A stretch of DNA of 64,000 nt, from assembly GCF_009914755.1 (NCBI RefSeq), contig NC_060928.1. One strand, 5' to 3'. Source of the DNA: the human T2T-CHM13v2.0 reference genome, Homo sapiens. Shown here in pieces: positions 60,147 to 64,000 of the stretch (position 1 is the first letter of the stretch; each line of letters starts with the position of its first letter). The position numbers and the translations under genes are program-made. The notes beneath the pieces were generated by a model, which saw only the letters and a program-made list of their open reading frames with translations, did no database searches and was not told where the DNA came from.

Positions 60147-61849
60147 GATGTTATACTTAACTTTAAAAGAAGTAGAAATAGCTTACCTATTTGAATGTGA
60201 TCTTAGATTTTAAAGAATTCTTTGTCGGAAAAGTGTAACATTCTAAGTAAACATAAATAAAACAAAGCAAAACAATCTAAATTTCAACTTGCTTCCAGGT
60301 GTTGCTGATGACAAGGAACTTGAGGAAAATGGACCGCATTGTTCGTGATAGCTGAAGAGATAATGTGCGAAATTGAAAATGCTATTTTCATAACTCAGAG
60401 GCAGGCAGAGACAAAAAGCATCAACAACTTATTCTGTCATTTTGAGAGAAAGCTAAGCAAAAACCTTCCTGTAGTTTCATAAGATTTTTCTCCTATTTTA
60501 GTATACACAAGTGAGATTGCTGCAAGTTCCATATGCTAAGACCTTAATTAGCAATTCAGTGTACCTGAGGCTGCAGCCTGATGCCATTGTTGCAACTGAC
60601 TTGGAGAATGAAGGCAGCCCCACTTTGTTCAGTGATTCCTATTTGCACTAACTGCCTTGTGAAATCTGGAAGCATCACCTGAGTTTCCCCTTGTTAACCC
60701 AAAGCATATCACAGGGCTCAGGTTGATGTCTAGGGCCCCTGTGCTCTCTGTTCTCTGCCCACACAGCAGCTGTAATCACATTCTGAGCATAGGGAGCCTG
60801 GTTTTATCTAACTGCTCCAAATCCGTTGTCTCAAAAAGGGACAGAGCGTCTTTTATTGAAATGAGCTGAAAGCATTTACATTCTCCAAAAGAGCTGTGCT
60901 TCCTAAGGATACTCAAAAATTACTAATTGTGTCTGGTGCCAGGTGCACAAAGCAAATCATTTGATTTTGCTTTCACAGTTTTTAAGAAAAAGGAAGGTAC
61001 ATTTACAGAGAGAATCACCATATTGCTTCTCAAGATGTATTTATTGTTTCTGGGGATGATACCTGCTTTTTCTTTTTCAATGTGTTATTCTAGCTCAATT
61101 TCCTTATATTCTTTTCTTTTTCTCTTTTATTTTCATATCGAATTGTGATCAGAAGAGCAAATGGAATTTCATTTTGCAAAGTTCTCTGTTGATTCCTATA
61201 TAAATTTCAGAAACTGTAGAGACTATCAGGAGACTGGTGTTTCTTTCTTAAGAAGTTGTTGGTTTGATATCCTTCAAACTGAGTGAGATTAATGGGCATG
61301 GATAGATAAGAGCTCATGAGCATGCATATTATAGCTCATCACTTTTTCGTTAATGTAAGAACCATAGCTATTCACAATGTTGTGTTATTTTCTTCAGCTC
61401 TAATTTTTATTCTCCTGCTATGTCTTTTTTATCTCACGAATGGTATCGTAAAATTATCATTCTTAATGTTGTGTGTGCCACATTGATGTGGTTCATTTTT
61501 TGTAATCTCTATAATATTAAGTCTGATTTTCACTTAACTTGTATAAACCTTTTCCATATATCCCTCAGTTGCCTTAACTGGGTTCAGTTAATATTTTTCT
61601 AGAATAATTTTTTAAAGCAAATTAATGATGTCAGGTTTATTCAAATTTGTATTGATCTATAAATGTGTCGGGTTATTTTTTTCTGGAATGAAATAATTAC
61701 AGAATGAGTTTAAATGAGCCAATGCACAGATATGTCTATCTATATAACTCAGTCTAATACTTAGACTATGAAATTTTTGGGGGAGGGAATTTCATTGTAT
61801 GTTTGGGTTATTGTTTAATCTTAGATGTGCCACCAAATATATAACTAAC

Positions 61850-62229
61850 ATTTTCAGTCATAGTTCAGCCAGATAAATGGAACCAGTAGAAGATATAAAT
61901 TAAGGGATTTATTGTAAAGTTTTGGCTTAAACAATTCTAGAGCCCCCTAGTCAGTCAAAGATCTGTAGAGTAGTACATCAGGAAGAAAAGATGGAAATTC
62001 TCAACCATAAGCAAAAGCTTCACTCTAACAGTAAAATACTTTTTCTTCCAGGAAAACTCAGTACCATTCTAAGGACTTTCACTGACTGAATCGACCCACC
62101 AGATTATCTAAGAAAATCTTTTAGTCCACTGACTGTGCATGTTGATTATACTAATCTAGGTATAGGTGTTTGATTGAATAACTAGGTATGATATGATAGC
62201 CAAGTTGACTCATAAAACTGACCATTAAA
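61850..62229 (-). mobile_element. MLT2-family LTR (3' LTR of a HERV-L)
   Basis: Minus strand starts ..ATGGTCAGTTTTATGAGTCAACTTGGC..., resembling MLT2 TGTGATGGTTAATTTTATGTGTCAACTTGGC, and directly abuts ERVL internal sequence. Confidence 0.75.
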
Positions 62230-64000
62230 GTCCAAAACTTGTCAACTTGACATCCATGTACATCTTTTAAGACCAAGCTTAATCTCCAATTAAAGACAGT
62301 AACAAAGTCATACTTTCAAGCTAACATGTTATAACTATCTGAGTATAACCAAAAGTGCACTATGGCTATGGCTTTGTGTTTTGTAGGTTTAGATGTCTTA
62401 ATCCAAAGAGAGAAATGCTTCCACCAGGAGGCACAATAATGATCCCATTGAACTAAAAATTGAGATTGTCACAAGCCTCTTTGGTCTCCTAATGTCTCTG
62501 AAACAACAGGTAAAGGAGGCCATTTCCTCAGAGAAGGATCATAGTCCTTATACAATGTTTACTTTTCTCCCTGATATCCTGTAACTTAAATACTGTGGTG
62601 TAAAGTTAACTGTTAGTAGTATATCTCATGTTAGATGGAAAGAGATTTGAAAGGAAAAGAAATTTTTCATATATATATGCATATATATAAATATTCATTA
62701 AAAACAAGGAATAAATGCTCATAAATATTACAGTCCTCATGTCTACAACTGATTGTGGGTTCATAGCTAATATTTATAAACCACCATTTCTACTATCATT
62801 CCAGTATCTCAGCTGATTGTGGGTCATTGCCTGGTGAGGTAATCTGAATCTTTATTACTGAAGTGTGTGGGCCATCAGCAGTCCTGCTGGAGCTGGGTTG
62901 TTGTAGTTTTCCACTGACTTTAATCATAAGACATAGCAATGCTAGGAAATGAGTTAAGAGCTCTCCTGTATTTCAGACATATTTTTCCTTACTTTCACTG
63001 TGTAGCTATAGCAAACCAATATTTTCTCAGAAGTCAGGATCAATCACCCTAGTAAGTATAGAAAGTCCCTTTTATCTATTGATTCAGAGACATGAGGATA
63101 CCAAAGTGACAGGTGACAGTCTCATTTTTGTGCCTCCTTTTGGAAGCATTTCTTTCTTTAAGATATCTAAACCAACAAAACATAAAGCTATAAGGAAAGA
63201 AAGTAAAAACTTTCTAGTGGTAATAGTGAATGCTGCCACACTCAGTTTGACTATTTGATTCCTAAACCTGTGAATTCTGGCTATGTGACAAACAGCACCA
63301 TATATTGATGCTGACTCAGAGCACACAGAGCTTTCTGGGGAAACTTGTCCCAGCATTGCAAAATTTCTGACTACCTTGTTATATAACTGAGCCTCCAAAA
63401 GGCCATTCCACTGTTCTATCAAGTCAGCTCCATTCATCTGGTAAAACCTGTGAATTCCATGAGTTTGGGCTCACTGTTACATTTCTTTTGCTATGAAGTG
63501 AGTTTCTCAGTCAGAATCAATGCCTTTTGTAATATTATGACAGTGGATAAGGCATTCTATAAGCCCACGAATGCTAGTTTTGTCAGAAGCATTGAATGCA
63601 GGAAAGGCAAATACGTATCTATTAAGTTGGTGAAAAAGCATTTACGGTTTTTGAAGTTAGGTTTTGCACCAACCTAATAGAGTTAAGTGTCTATTTCAGT
63701 AAGAACAATATGCTACCCCATTCCATGGCAGGAGTGGCTCGATATAATCAACCTGCCAGGTAGATGGCTGATCATCCTGGGGAATGGTGCCATATCAGGA
63801 ACTTAGTGTTGGTCTTTGCTATTAGAAGACTGGGCACTCAGCAGTGGCTGGAGCTAGTTCTCCTTGGTGAAAGGAAGTTCACGTTGCATAACTTCTAACT
63901 TTGCCACTGTAGCCACTTTAAGAACCTATTGAGCAGTGGCAGTTATGGCTAAGAAAAGAGGATGACAGGTAGCTATGATAGGTCATCTTATCCATGTAAT
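62230..64000 (-). mobile_element. HERV-L/ERVL internal remnant (integrase, dUTPase, 3' untranslated region), non-coding
   Basis: Minus-strand peptide ADLIEQWNGLLEAQL (integrase catalytic-E helix) and EMLPKGGT (dUTPase region); 3' internal end TGTCAAGTTGACAAG...TGGAC next to the LTR; many stops. Confidence 0.8.
63622..63677. mobile_element. MADE1 (Hsmar1-derived MITE), internally deleted
   Basis: TTAAGTTGGTGAAAAAG...CGGTTTTTG and TTTTGCACCAACCTAA inverted termini, flanked by TA at 63620-63621 and 63678-63679. Confidence 0.85.

Overview
AT-rich, gene-poor primate (almost certainly human) genomic DNA, more than half made of interspersed repeats. No host protein-coding exon, RNA gene or CRISPR array can be supported. 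The dominant feature is a full-length, apparently retrotransposition-competent LINE-1 on the minus strand (54083-60131). It carries the L1HS Ta-1d diagnostics, intact ORF1 (338 aa), ORF2 (1275 aa) and antisense ORF0 (71 aa), an intact YY1 site, a poly(A) tail and a perfect 15-bp target-site duplication. The rest is layered decay: older L1s (L1PA8, L1PA15/16, L1PB, L1MA, L1MC/ME), about ten Alus or Alu fragments, solo LTRs (MSTB, MSTD, MLT1, LTR9, MER39-like, LTR12F), L2, a HERV-L/MLT2 remnant containing a MADE1 MITE, and microsatellites. I found no previously undescribed biological system. The observations worth checking are the likely active L1 and its predicted chimeric or transduced products, two LTRs with strong regulatory motif clusters, a non-repeat hairpin, a perfect 84-bp duplication and several rearrangement scars. 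Repeat subfamily names come from remembered consensus sequences and need RepeatMasker/Dfam confirmation.
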